The notes under the pieces were generated by a model, which ran no database searches, was not told where the DNA came from, and was given only the letters and a program-made list of their open reading frames with translations. A program made the position numbers and the translations under genes. DNA of 64,000 nt from assembly GCF_006345805.1 (NCBI RefSeq), contig NW_021831989.1, forward strand, positions 434,001 to 498,000, written 5' to 3'. The first letter of the stretch is position 1. Each line of letters begins with the position of its first letter. This DNA comes from Octopus sinensis (Eukaryota). This document shows positions 1 through 12,500 of this stretch, piece by piece.

Positions 1-1739
1 ACTATAAAGTGCACCTGGTCAGAGTAATTAGATTTTATAATCCGTTTTTTATTAAGACTTTTGATAATTTGGAAAAAACTCGTCGTATGTTTGAGTTTAA
101 AAAATTCGCTTTAATTTTTGGGGAACTATTTAAAAACTACTAATTTTTTTTCAATTAGTTAATCAAAAAAATCATTAATAATGATTTAATAATCATTAAT
201 AATCATCATAATAATGATTCATTATTATGTAGCCTGGCGGATTGCCAAACTGTTTTCCCGGATAATGACGATCGAGAACCGTTGCTACTAATTAAAAAAT
301 TGACAGCTAGTTGTCGCTAATCTCAGTGAATATCTTTAATGGGATAGTACCGGAGTATTCATCTAGATTCTAGCTAAATAAATATTTAGAATAACCATGT
401 TTACCTATATTTTACATGCTTTATTCGTGCTTTCACGCTAAAAACACGTGATACTGTCATTTATTAGTCATGTATTTATGTGATGTCATGTATCTTGAGT
501 AATTGTGCTGCAGTGACATAATTATTTAACATTTTGATTAATTATTTTCTAATCAAATCCAGTTAAACCTTGAAATAACTAATTGATTACTTACAGCAGA
601 TCTCTTGTGAGAGTGGAAACTTCAGAGATCGGTTGATGAGGTGATCCATGGGATCGTGGCGTGAAATTAATTTTGATACTAGGCTAAAAACTTGGGTATC
701 TCATTGAATAAAGATATATTTATATTTGAACATAAATCAAAAATATAAATTATTTGATGGACCGATTTGAATCAACCAATTTTTATGTATCCGCAGATCG
801 AACTACGGTCCATCGGACATGTTGAATTATAGCCAATCCATTTTTTAAGACATTTCTCACAATAAATATGTTTACATCTTTTCCTTTTCTATTAAATTAG
901 TTTATTTGCTAATACAAGTCGAGAAATGATTGTCAATTTCGTTCTTACTGGATTGACGATATAATCAAGGCATATGGGACATGTTTCCAAAGAATTAACA
1001 ATTGAGTTCTCAATATTCTATTATTGATAAAAAAGTCAAAATTACAATTACAGTCATTTTATTTTTATTGCGCAGTTAATGGAAAAAGCGCTATTTAAAC
1101 TATTATAAATCACGTGATATATTGCGAATTAAAATCATTCCTATGTTGATTTTAAGAGATTTTATTGACCAAAAGACCAGGGTAAGCCAGTTAATTATAA
1201 TCCCCCGTGATCCCCGATTCATGTCGCAATCGGTCAAGTGTTGAAAGCTTCATGAACGGGAAGCCGACGCGATCGAGAAAGAATTAGAGCGTACTATCGC
1301 GAGGGATGTCCAAGAAAGCAATTAAGACTAAAAATTCCCTGGCCATAGATGAGCAACGAAAAACTATACAGAATTACTCATACATCGAGATCGCAAAAAC
1401 AGGCTCTCCTCCAGGAAGTGGCTCCTCTTTGGACATGTTCTTAGAACCTCCCAAATGACGCCGGCCAATCAAACCATGGAATTTTAAACTGCCTACCAAA
1501 CAAGACAACATATCGGGCCCGACAAAGAATAACATTACCGACCACGCTCAACCATGAACTCAAGTCGTTTTGAAGAAACTGAAATCGATAGATGATCGGG
1601 TCTACGTTTTCAATTCTTCATAAAATTGGCGGATCTTATCCTCTGCTGCTAATGAGAGACTCTGCTGTATTTGTTTTGACTCCTCGAAATTATCAAGGTT
1701 ATCTTTGACTTTAAGGATAAAAATTTTTAACTGTAATGA

Positions 1740-2580
1740 ATCAAATTTACCTACCATGGTGCAGAACGAGAAATCTCACGCTGTACCTCTTCCTGATCTT
1801 TCTCCATATTTTTTTGCATTTGTATTAAACTTTCAAGCATATTTACATCAAAATGGTCGTAATGTAAAAAAGTTTTTTAAGGTACAAAATACTTTTTATC
1901 GCATCTCGATGTGCAGCACATTTGTTTTTCACAATCTTCAGTAATTGTGCTGTCTAAATTGTTATTTTCATCTTTATTGTTTAGAAGATATTCATGAAGT
2001 TTGTCATTTTTAGAGTATTAAAGTCTATAGAGTCCTCTTCTTTTATGGGATCTGAGATCATTAATTGTTCGAAATTCTTTATTTTATGATCTTTCTTAGT
2101 AGGTTTTTTAATGCCTTTTTTTCCATTTGGCGTATTGAAAACATTGACACTTTGTACAGGCAAGATAAAAAAATAAGACTCCATCTTTAAGATTTTTCTT
2201 TGAACAATCCGCAGTATATCTCAATTCACCATGAAAAAATTGTAATTTACATTGTGCTTTTTTGAACTTTTCAAGCCATCCTATACTTGATTTAAATTCA
2301 GAGAGGCCGTTTAACGCAGAAAATTCAGTTACTTTCGATAAAATTATCTCATAATTGAGACAAGCTTCAAAAGATTCCATGTAATCTATCTTAGTAATGA
2401 TTCTAGAATCAATTGATAAATATCTAAGTTTTAAAAACGACATCTTCTCCAAATAATTGGATTAATTCCAAAAATCTTCTGTTTGGTTGATTTAAAATTA
2501 TTTATTGCATGTCTCGAATTAAATTTTTGAAACGCGACAAAAAATAATTTATAATTTCCTTTCCTTGCTTTTCCAACGCA
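1740..2580 (-). mobile_element. Degenerate pogo/Tigger (CENP-B-type HTH) transposase remnant
   Basis: ORF 2108-2452 contains FKSSIGWLEKFKK, the CENP-B HTH motif FKAS.GWL..FK.R. An acidic low-complexity segment follows. Most of the DDE domain is absent and there are frameshifts. Confidence 0.65.
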
Positions 2581-3051
2581 TATCAATAGCCATCTTGCGT
2601 GGGAATTGCCATTCCATCTTATCCTCTGCTGCTAATTAAATATACATAATTATCATAAATTTTTTTTTTTTAATGTGTTAAATTGATTAAATGAACAAAA
2701 CAATTGTCAGTTAACTAAATTAATCCAGCCGAACGGATTGCTTGCGCGTTATCATAAATTGATTCACTTTCATTTCCTTTTTATGATAATAAATATTTAA
2801 AAATTAACTTTTTTAATATCGAAATTCGGCGAGTACGAGAATTTTACGAGCAATCGGAGGTAAATTATAATTATTTTTATGGAATAGACTTCATTGATTT
2901 TTGGTTGCCTTTTGATCACTTATAGCGGATCTCTTGCGGCAGTTGAAACTTGCTGTTTTTAAAAACTGGTCAATGACCTGAAATTAATTAAGGGGTTGTG
3001 GCCTGAAATTAATCTTAAGACTAACTTAAAGAATTGGGTTATCTTATTTAA

Positions 3052-5214
3052 TGTGACCGGTTGAATACGAGCCCAGGTTGAATACGAGCCGTTAAAAAAA
3101 TCGTCAATATTTTTTTAATGAAAAAATTAATCAATTAATTAATTTATACCTTTATAATGATTTGTAATTTTAATAATTCTAAATTTTTCACAAATTTTTG
3201 TTTTCTTAACGGTTTACGTCAGATAGAATAGTAATAGATTTTTCCTCACGTTAGTTTTTTTTTGTTATGAGGGTTGTCCGTTTCAATCTGCTACAAAAGC
3301 AAGAAATTATAACCTATCTGAAATATCAAATTATACCATCCAATTTGCTAAAGGAGAAGCGAAATTTTATAAGAACTGCATCCTTATTCAGATTAATAGA
3401 CTCCTCGCCGGATCAATTATTTTTTTTCAAAACAAGTGGAATTCTTTTGCATGTGTTCGCTGTGGAAGAGGATGAACAGCAGAGGATATTTATTGAAAAT
3501 GTTCACCTCAAAAATGGACATCCTGGTCGTGATAGACTTCTTTCTCTTTTAAAGAATTTAGTCTATGGATCTTGCAGAGATGAAGTTATGCTTGTTCTCA
3601 GGTCTTGTCCACAATGTCTTGCAAGACGACTTATGAACACTCGACCAAGTATAACACCTATCAGAGCATATACAGTCAGAGAAAGATAGTAGTTATCTAC
3701 TCTAATATCAGATATATTTTTGATTTAGTTGATCTACGGCATTATTCAAATGCCAATGACAATTTTTGCTGGCTTTTGGTTGGGTTGGATTCTTTTTCTA
3801 AATTTTGTTGGACAAGACCTCTAAAGACTAAATCGGCCATGGAGGTGTCTTGTGCAATAAAAAGTATAATTCTGATGTTTGGAAAACCAACCATTTTGCA
3901 CACAGACAATGGCAAGGAATTCGTAAACGAAAAAATTTTCGATTTATGCTCAACATATCGTATAAAACACGTCAGAGGGCGTCCTAGGTGTCCATGGGTG
4001 CAGGGACAAGTAGAGCGTCTGAATCAGACATTGAAGTTCATGATTTCTTCTACGTGCTTTTCAAAGAATTTGAATTTCAGATGGATCGATATCATCGAAG
4101 AAATTACAAGTTCGTATAATTCTGTCCAGCATTCGACCACTTTGCACGCTCCATTCGAATTGATGTTTGGAGCTTCTGCCGATGACACCGTTAATAATCA
4201 CTACTCAGAAAACGAAATGAATGAAATATTCCACCAAATTGATTCGGGAATAAAGAAACACAAAGTGAAGCAACTGAATATCTTGCATGGTTTTGGTCAT
4301 CGAATGAAACCACGAGAACGAAAGCAATTTCGAATTCAGACCATGCTGAAAGAAAAATGTTAGGAAAAAGAACGTGGAAGAATGATATTTCCATTTTTAA
4401 CATCGGCGATCGAGTTGTCAGGAGGGTGTATCTTGACAATAATAAAAAAACACGGAAAAGTGCCTTAAATGAGCACATTGATACATTCACATATTATGTT
4501 AGAGGAGTATCTGCCACAGGAATTGTTGATCTCGAGGCAGAAGATGGTACTGTGATACAAGAAAATAGCAGAGACTTAGCGAGGCTAGAATAGCTTAATC
4601 GAAATTTAATTCAATAAAATTTATATTTTCAAAAATAAAAATGATGTAGGGAATAATTTGACTAGTTTAAAGCAAACTTGTACACTAGTTTATGTACTAA
4701 GATTTTCTTACAAATTAATTTAAATAAGATTATTTAAGTGATAACAGGAACAAAGATCTTGTTAAATTATTTCCGAATATGATCAAGAAAAGTTGTTCAG
4801 CAATTTTTTTCTGTTTAATCCAAATTCAATCAATTCTTTTGTCAGATGGCTCGGATCGCTGATCTGTGTACATGAAGGACACTCGCAAGACCCAATGGCT
4901 GTTTCAGCGTCTCTCATTGGGGGCTGCGTGGCCTCTTTCCTTCTCCTTTTTATACATACTTTCCGCCTATCAATGAAATGTATATTATCAAAAATTAAAA
5001 TGATGTAAATTATAATTTGCTAATATTGTGAATAATTTGACTAATTTAAAGCAAACTTGGTTTAGATATAAAACTTCATTTTTTAAAAGATTAAAGGTTC
5101 AATCATTAGTACGCGCCGTTTGCCATTTTGTCAATTGGCTTTTTTATCGGTATATTGACTATCGATATTTTTAACGGCTCGTATTCAACCGTATCTCATT
5201 TTCGACCGGTCACA
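3052..5214 (+). mobile_element. Ginger/TDD-like DNA transposon (family 1) with Gypsy-like integrase
   Basis: Imperfect TIRs TGTGACCGGT...GGTTGAATACGAGCCGTTAAAAA at 3052 and inverted ending at 5214. Coding 3267-4593: H2C2 domain (HLKNGHPGRD...CPQC) and rve DDE core (DLVD, HTDNGKEF, GQVERLN). One micro-intron and one frameshift. No clear TSD. Confidence 0.85.
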
Positions 5215-5955
5215 ATTATTATTATATTATTAGCACTTCCCGTAGGAACATAAACAAGGAAAAGAAAGAGTTATATTCCCACACGTGCCACACACGATAC
5301 AATCTTCTTAACCATCGTTTGCCATCCTCTGCGGTTTTGTGCAAGCCATCGCGGTTCGTCCAAGTCCTCGCATTTTTTCAGGGTTTTGCCCACGTGTTTC
5401 AGATCGTGTTCCAGCGCAACCGGCAGTGTTGTGCGGGGACGTCCGCGAAACTTTGGGCTATCCGAGAGAAAGTACTCTTCCACGGACACGAACACGGACA
5501 AGACTGACGTGGTCGATGTATCACGCTCGGATACCCAAACTATGGAAAAATGGAGACTTTCGAAGAAGCTTGGCTCTCTGCTTGGAGACCGAGAAGACAT
5601 CATGCAGAGAAAGCTACTGGCCGCTGTTGCTCTAAAATCCGTCATGAAAGATTGGCTACGATATTGCCCCGGGAACCCATCACTACGCTCTAGAATCTAC
5701 AATGCTTTTGTCAAACCGGTACTATTGTACAACTCATCTACATGGGGCATCTCTGACACCGAACTAAAGAATCTTGACTCGTTTCACAGAAAACAGCTTC
5801 GCGTCCTAAATGGTCTGCATTGGCATAAGAAAATTAACAACTCATCGCTCTACAAACTCAGTAACTCGGTGCCAGTCAGCCAGGACATCATAGATGGCCG
5901 CTGGAGGCTTTTCGGACACGTCCTGAGAATGGACCCGTCCTCACCTGCTTACCAA
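5215..5955. mobile_element. 5'-truncated RTE-clade LINE with internal inversion
   Basis: Minus strand 5215-~5482 encodes the RTE C-terminus (EEYF..RGRPRTTLP..AQNRRGW), a 3'UTR and a (TAA)n tail. Plus strand ~5483-5955 encodes the preceding part (KLGSLLG..YNAFVKPVLLYN..RWRLFGHVLRM). Confidence 0.9.
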
Positions 5956-5989
5956 CATCTGTAATTGTAATATATATATAAGCGTGTTT

Positions 5990-6940
5990 CTTCTGTGTTA
6001 CTTATGTCGCGTTCTTTTGTAAGAAATATGGATGAGCATCGATTGCTAGAAAAAGTTTTAAATGGACAAAATATCGAAAATCAATCGAGACAAAAAGTTT
6101 ACTGCCTTAAAAAGAAAGCTAAAAAGTTTATTTTAATCAATGGAAGAATATACCTCAAACAGCCGTGTGGAAATCACAAATTAGTGATTTCGACGGACAA
6201 CGTTGACGAGATGAAATTGTTGGCTAGCCAAATTCATCTCGTTTCGCATTGTTGACATAATACTCTCGAGAACATGTGCCATGAAAGATACTTCACTGTA
6301 AAACGACAAATAATCCGAAAAATTGTTGCCGATTGTGAAATTTGCAAATTTTCCCTCCCGCATAATATGGTCAGAGTTGAAATGGACGATGGAAATACTA
6401 AGAAGACACTTATGAAAAGAATTAAAAAATTTTAATAACAACATAATTTGTCTTGAGTGTTTTGTTAATAAAAAAAATTCAAATACTAATTAGCAGAGAA
6501 ACATTTATAACCGAACATTCAAATAGACAAAATTTTCGAATAAAAATATATTTTCTGCGTATTTTTCTATGAAGCATTTTGAATTTTTCTTATTTGAAAA
6601 AATAGCAATTCATAAATTAAAATATTTTATCATCGAAAATATTGGCATCCAATTCCATTTTGAACATTTGAGAAGAATCAAGTCCTGCGGAGAAGACTCA
6701 GAGAGAAGAAAATAGCCCCGTACGACCCTCTGTGTAAGGTCACTACTGGCCCTTTTATGTCCGATATCCCTTTGCAAAATAAACCCTTATCTATCCAATT
6801 CCATTTCTAAGTATTTGTCATTTTATAATATTTATTTTGACAAAGTCGATTTTGAAATTGAATTTAAATATTTTTTTGAATTTTTTTCTAAGTCCATAAG
6901 TGTAACGACCTAGGCTCGGTAACACCCTAGGCTCGTGACA
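5990..6940 (+). mobile_element. Ginger-like integrase remnant (family 2-related) with probable terminal repeat at 6901-6940
   Basis: H2C2 region (IHLVSH...YFTVKRQIIRKIVADCEICKFSLP) matches 8665-8955. The 40-bp TGTAACGA...TCGTGACA segment has two tandem CCTAGGCTCG motifs, like a TIR. Confidence 0.65.
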
Positions 6941-8240
6941 TAATCAATAAAAATAGGGCATATTTCCGATGAATAAACAATTATGCTCTCAATATACAGT
7001 GGGGCAAAAAAGTCATGGCACCTTTGCAAATTTTGACTAAATTTAACAATTCTTTGCAAAAAAATTATTAAATACATTACTTTAAAAAATAAATTAGTAA
7101 TATAGAACTTTTTAGATAAATTATTAAAAAAACTATCTTAAAGGGAATTATTAATAGTGCACTAATTAACGATTTATTTTTAAAAGTCAATTTTTTGAGG
7201 GAAAAAAATAATGGCACGAAATCCAATTAATATTTAGTTGCATTCCCTTTTGCTAGCAGAACTGCTTCTAATCGTTTTTTGCAACAAAAAATTAGTTTTT
7301 GACATTCTACTTTAGAAATATTTTTCCATTCTTCGTAGCAAATTGTTTTTAATTCCTGGATATTTTTTGGTTTTCTTAAGCCAACTTTTATTTTTAATAT
7401 TTTCCATAAGTTTTCGATGGGATTCAGGTCTGGCGATTACTTGGCCATTCCAAAACATTTATTTTGTTTTTTTCTAACCATTTAACGGTTACTTTTGACT
7501 TGTGCTTAGGATCGTTGTCATGCTGGAATGTCCAATGTTGTGTCAAATTTAAGTTCGCGACCTAAGGTAAAAGACATTTTTCCAAAATTTTGCAATATTT
7601 AAGAGAATTCATCATTCCATCAATTACAAATAGTTCACCAACACCTGTTGATGAAAAACAACCCCACAACATGATACTACCTCCCCCGTGCTTTACGGTA
7701 GGTATGGTGCATTTTGGGATATACGCCTGATTTGATTTGCGCCAAATTGAAAGCGTGTAGTTCAGTCCGAAAAGTTGTATTTTTGATTCGTCCGACCACA
7801 AAATATTGTTTATGAACTAAAGATAATTGCTAAAAAAATCAAAAAACTTAACATTTTTTATCTCTATTCATAGTAACTATTTCGTAATTCAAACTAAATG
7901 TTTGTTAGGAAAGACAACTAACCATTAATCTGTATTTAGACATTATATTTTTTACTTTTCCCTTTTCTTCATATGGGGATTCAAATCTGTGTAGCTTCAA
8001 TGACGGATTCGTCCCATAATCTTTTATTATTCGTTTCTAAAAATAAATACATCGTAAATTTACCATTAAGTTCATCTTCGACAAACGATGCCTCGTTATT
8101 TTCTAACCTGGTATTTTATGAATCACAGTGTTAATTCCAGAAATACCTCTAAACTTTTGAAGGGGGTCTCATTGATCGCCGAGTGGTGTGTCGTATTATA
8201 GGAAAAAGTTACTTTGTCTAAAAATTGTTTCCAATTTTTA

Positions 8241-8345
8241 CGTATTTTTTATGTAGAGAAATTGTACAATAAGACCGGTTTCAGTAGCATGTTGTATAAT
8301 TTGATTTTTAGAAAGGTCGAAATTTGTTCGTAATATGTCCGCCGT
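8241..8345 (-). mobile_element. 105-bp internal RTE fragment flanked by 17-bp direct repeats
   Basis: ATTGTTTCCAATTTTTA at 8224-8240 and 8346-8362. The insert translates ISTFLKIKLYNMLLKPVLLYNFST, an RTE C-terminal motif. Confidence 0.75.
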
Positions 8346-9565
8346 ATTGTTTCCAATTTTTAGTTCCTTCTTTATCCATCAGTTTTGCCATACCACGTGT
8401 CAATATTTAGTTAAAGCGCTCAATTACACCCTAATTTATTTCAAATTTATTCCTCGCATAGTTGAGCCATAAGTTGGTTTTTGAATTCCAACCCGTTGTC
8501 CGTTTGCAAGATCTGACAATATCCAATTTGATAAAACAATTTTTGGAATTTATTCACCACTTCTTTTATTAAATTTCAAATCCAATTAGATCCATCGTTA
8601 AACTTTTTATATCTTCTAACATCAATAAGATCCGCCTGGAATCTTTCATTGAGTTTTCCTGCAGTTACATGGTAATTAGAATCCGACACCTAGGTATATT
8701 TTTTTTAAATACTTTCAATGGTAGGGAAAATTTACAAATTTCGCAGTCTTTTATAATTTGTTCGATGATTGGACGTTTTACAGTGAAGTAGAATTCACTG
8801 CACTTTTTCTGAAGCTTTCGTATTCCCCAGTGGGATTCTTGGTGAATGGCGAATGCTAGTGTCCTCATCTCGATTTCATTGTCCAAACAAATGACCAATT
8901 TGTGTTTTTGGTTATTCTCGTCCTTTAGATAAAAACTATGAGTTAGGAGTCGCAAATATATCGATAATTAATAATGATAAATTGAGTCGCTTTTTTCATG
9001 CTAAGATCTTTTGAGAGAAACCATAATTTTTTTTCTAAAATGACGCTAAACCATTTTTTAAAATGAATTTTTTCCGGTTTAAATTAAATATCAAACTAAT
9101 CACCTGTCAAACTTAAGGTCATAACCTGTCAAACGGGAGTGAACAGATACCGTTCAGAGAGCTCCTTGTACTTTCCAATCTTCATCTTCTCGGTTTTGCG
9201 AGAGACTGAGCCAGGCTCGACAGCTGAAGAAGGAAGGTTGAGCTCCGAGAAAGTGTCTGAACACGTCGCATCTGAACACGTCTGGCTCAGTCTCTCGCAA
9301 AACCGAGAAGATGAAGATTGGAAAGTACAAGGAGCTCTCTGAACGGTATCTGTTCACTCCCATCGCCGTCGAGACTTCCGGCGTCATCGGCGAAAAGTCT
9401 CTTTCCTTTCTAAAAAAGCTTGGCCGCATGATCTCCCATAAACGGGGAGACCCACGCGAGTCCAAGTGGCTTTTCGAAAGGATTTCCTTGGCCATAGTAC
9501 GTGGAAACTGTGTTTCCATTTACGATGCCGGGAATTTAGTTAGTTAATAACTATTTGTTAATTAC

Positions 9566-12500
9566 TGTCGTAAGTTATAGCGTCCGGGCCAGTTCTAAGT
9601 GTCCGGAGTGATAAATCGGATTTATCACTCCAAATCATTATGATTTTGGGAATAAATTTTATTTGTGTCGCCTAATTTTGGTTAAATAACGTCCTATACG
9701 GGGATACGGATGAAATTATTGGTAAAATACCCGCATGTTTTTCTGGTAGGCAAAAAAATTGAAATTTTTTTTGTTGAATTAGATAGGAAATGGGTCGAAT
9801 TGGGGATAAAATGTCTATATTTTAAAGTTCGCGTTAGAGAATAAAACATCACAAAGCATCTATAATGCAATTGAGAGTTTATTCCAGACTGTCGGTCCTC
9901 CAATTTATTTTCATTCGGACAATGGAAAGGAATTCCGCAACAAAGAAGTTTCAAAACTTTTTGATGATTGGAAAATAACTCCGATATATGGAAGACCAAG
10001 GCACCCACAATCTCAAGGACAAATAGAAAGATATAACCAAACTCTCAAACGTTGGTGGGGGAAGACTTTGTTCGCAACAGAATATATAAGGTGGAGAGAA
10101 ATTCTACAGAAGGTGGTGTATAAATACAACATAACTTGTCATCGCGGAACTGGAAAGTCACCATTTTGGTTAGTCTCTTTTTATTTACCCAGTCTATTTT
10201 ACGGAATAACGGGTTTTAATATTTTGCCATGTGGAGGCGAAGAAGAAGAGATTAACTCAGAATCGGAAGAAACGGAATTATCCTTAGAAGTAAAAACTCA
10301 TAATTAAAAGTATAAAAGAAAAGTTACAGAAGACGCAAATAAAAATTTTCGAAAAAAAGATATCACAATTGGAGATAATGTTACAATTAAAATTGATTTC
10401 GATAAAAATATAAAAACAAGAAAATATCCACTCACTAGTTTTTTTAGCAAGGAACAATTTCTAGTAGTGGAAGAAGTTTCTCTGCATTCCGTTCTCGTTG
10501 AGAATTGCACATCTGGTGAAAGGAAGACAATTCCAAAGTCAATGATTAAAAAAATTAACTTTAAAAAATTACATTTTCATTTTATATTCAATCAATTTGT
10601 AATGTTTTTTAAAAATTGTTTCATAATATAAGTGAACTTTTGCTTTGTTTTATTCGACATAGGAGACGTTGCTTCTATACTGGAAGAAGGTCATCTCGTC
10701 TAAACCCTTTCGTCACATAAATAAGGACCGGAAGAGTTTGCACAGAATCATATGTAGCGGTTAAATACAGACTCTGTTGAAAACTGAATTTATATTATAC
10801 GAGACTGTTTGGGACAATGTTTGTAAATTTTATTATCTATTTTTATGTTTAGTTTCGGTTTTCGATTTAGTCAATATCTATATTTTATAGTCTTTTTAGC
10901 AATCAACAAATAGTTATAAAACTAAAGGATTTGAATTGAATTAATTGAGGTTAAATGTGAAAAAAAATTCGCATCATGAGGTCATGACACGTTTCGTTTC
11001 TCGTGGTGCAAAAAATAAAACTATCAAAAACTCAAAATCTTCTTTGTCTCAAGAGCTTGAACGCAAAGATGAAATCCGTATCAAAGATGAGGAGGGGTCA
11101 CACTCCTCTCAAGTCTCTTTGAACAATCCAAACTGTACTGAGTCTCTTGTCCTCTCGCTGCAGATAAAAAATTATGCGATTGGACGAATAAAGTCCTTTA
11201 ATATTCTAACCAAATCCGAGACTGCACAGAAGGCCCGAATTACTGCCAGGAAGTCTGGGGACTTTACCCTCGAATTCTCAAATTCTAGTGATAGGGACTC
11301 GTTTGTGAATGACTTCGAGTATAACAAACCATTTGGCCAGGACGGCCATTATATTTCTGCGTGCAGTCTGCAACCATCGACCGTAGTCTTGAAGGGAATA
11401 CCATCTTGGGTCTCCGAGGAAGACCTGGATCTTTACCTCAAAGAAATTCTCAACCCCGGTTTTACTTTCCAACGGTTCTACAAAAATGGACGGAGTATAC
11501 CTGTTGGAAAGTTGAGTCTGAATTCGAGGGCAGAAGCCACTTCGCTTGTAAGGATGGGAATCGAAGTGGGATTTCAAAAAATACGATGCGAATGGTTTAA
11601 AAACCCAGCAACAAGATGCTTTCGCTGCCAACAATTTGGTCACATTGCTAACTTCTGCAAAGAAGTGGAAAGATGTCTTTTCTGTGGTGGTGATCATAAT
11701 ATGAAAATGTGCCCGATTAAAGGAAAAACTGAGAAAAAATGTATAAACTGCGGTCTGAGTGGGCATTTGGCTTGCTACGGTGGCTGCTCTTCAGCTAAGG
11801 CAGCCACTGAACAACTAAAAAAGCAGCTCAGTGCCAGGGACAGACTGGCCAAAGCAGAACACTCAAAAACTGTATGGTCAAAAGCGGAGGCCGTTGAATC
11901 TGTATGGCGAAAACCCACAATTTCCCGCTGTTTTGACTCCTCAACGCAAACAGATGTTAGTGAAGACGCAACTTTGCCTCCCAATACACAACACACAGAG
12001 CCTCCAACCCGCTTTAAGAGGAAAGCACCAACTATCGACGTTGAGCTTACCTCTATGATTCGCAAAATAATCGCTATATGCGATGAAAAAGGCCTCGATA
12101 TCAACAATCTGTTGTCCCTTTCTCTTGGAAGGGAAAGGATTGATCAGGCGTGAGCCCCTTTCTGTCTATTATCGCTGTGAACGCACGTTCTCTAAAGAGA
12201 AGGCGTTCAGAGATTGAGGATATGTTATCCCATAACCCCGTGGACCTTTTGATCGTAAACGAAACAAAAATCAAAAAACATGATGATTACTACTTGGATG
12301 GCTATCGTTCCCTTGATATTAAGTGGAAGCCGGGCTCGATCGCTGGAACAGGCACTTCTATCTACTACAAATCAACTCTAAGGGTGAAAAATCTAAAAAT
12401 TGTGTCCGAGGAATTGTGTGAATTCCTCACAATCGACGTCCTTCTGGAAAAGGGTGGGTAACAATCGGAGGGATGTACTCAAAATCCCTTTCCAATTATT

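Noticed and set aside
160-235. ATCATTAAT-type short repeats and hairpin
   Set aside because: Low-complexity AT-rich sequence with no regular spacers; not a CRISPR array or defined satellite.
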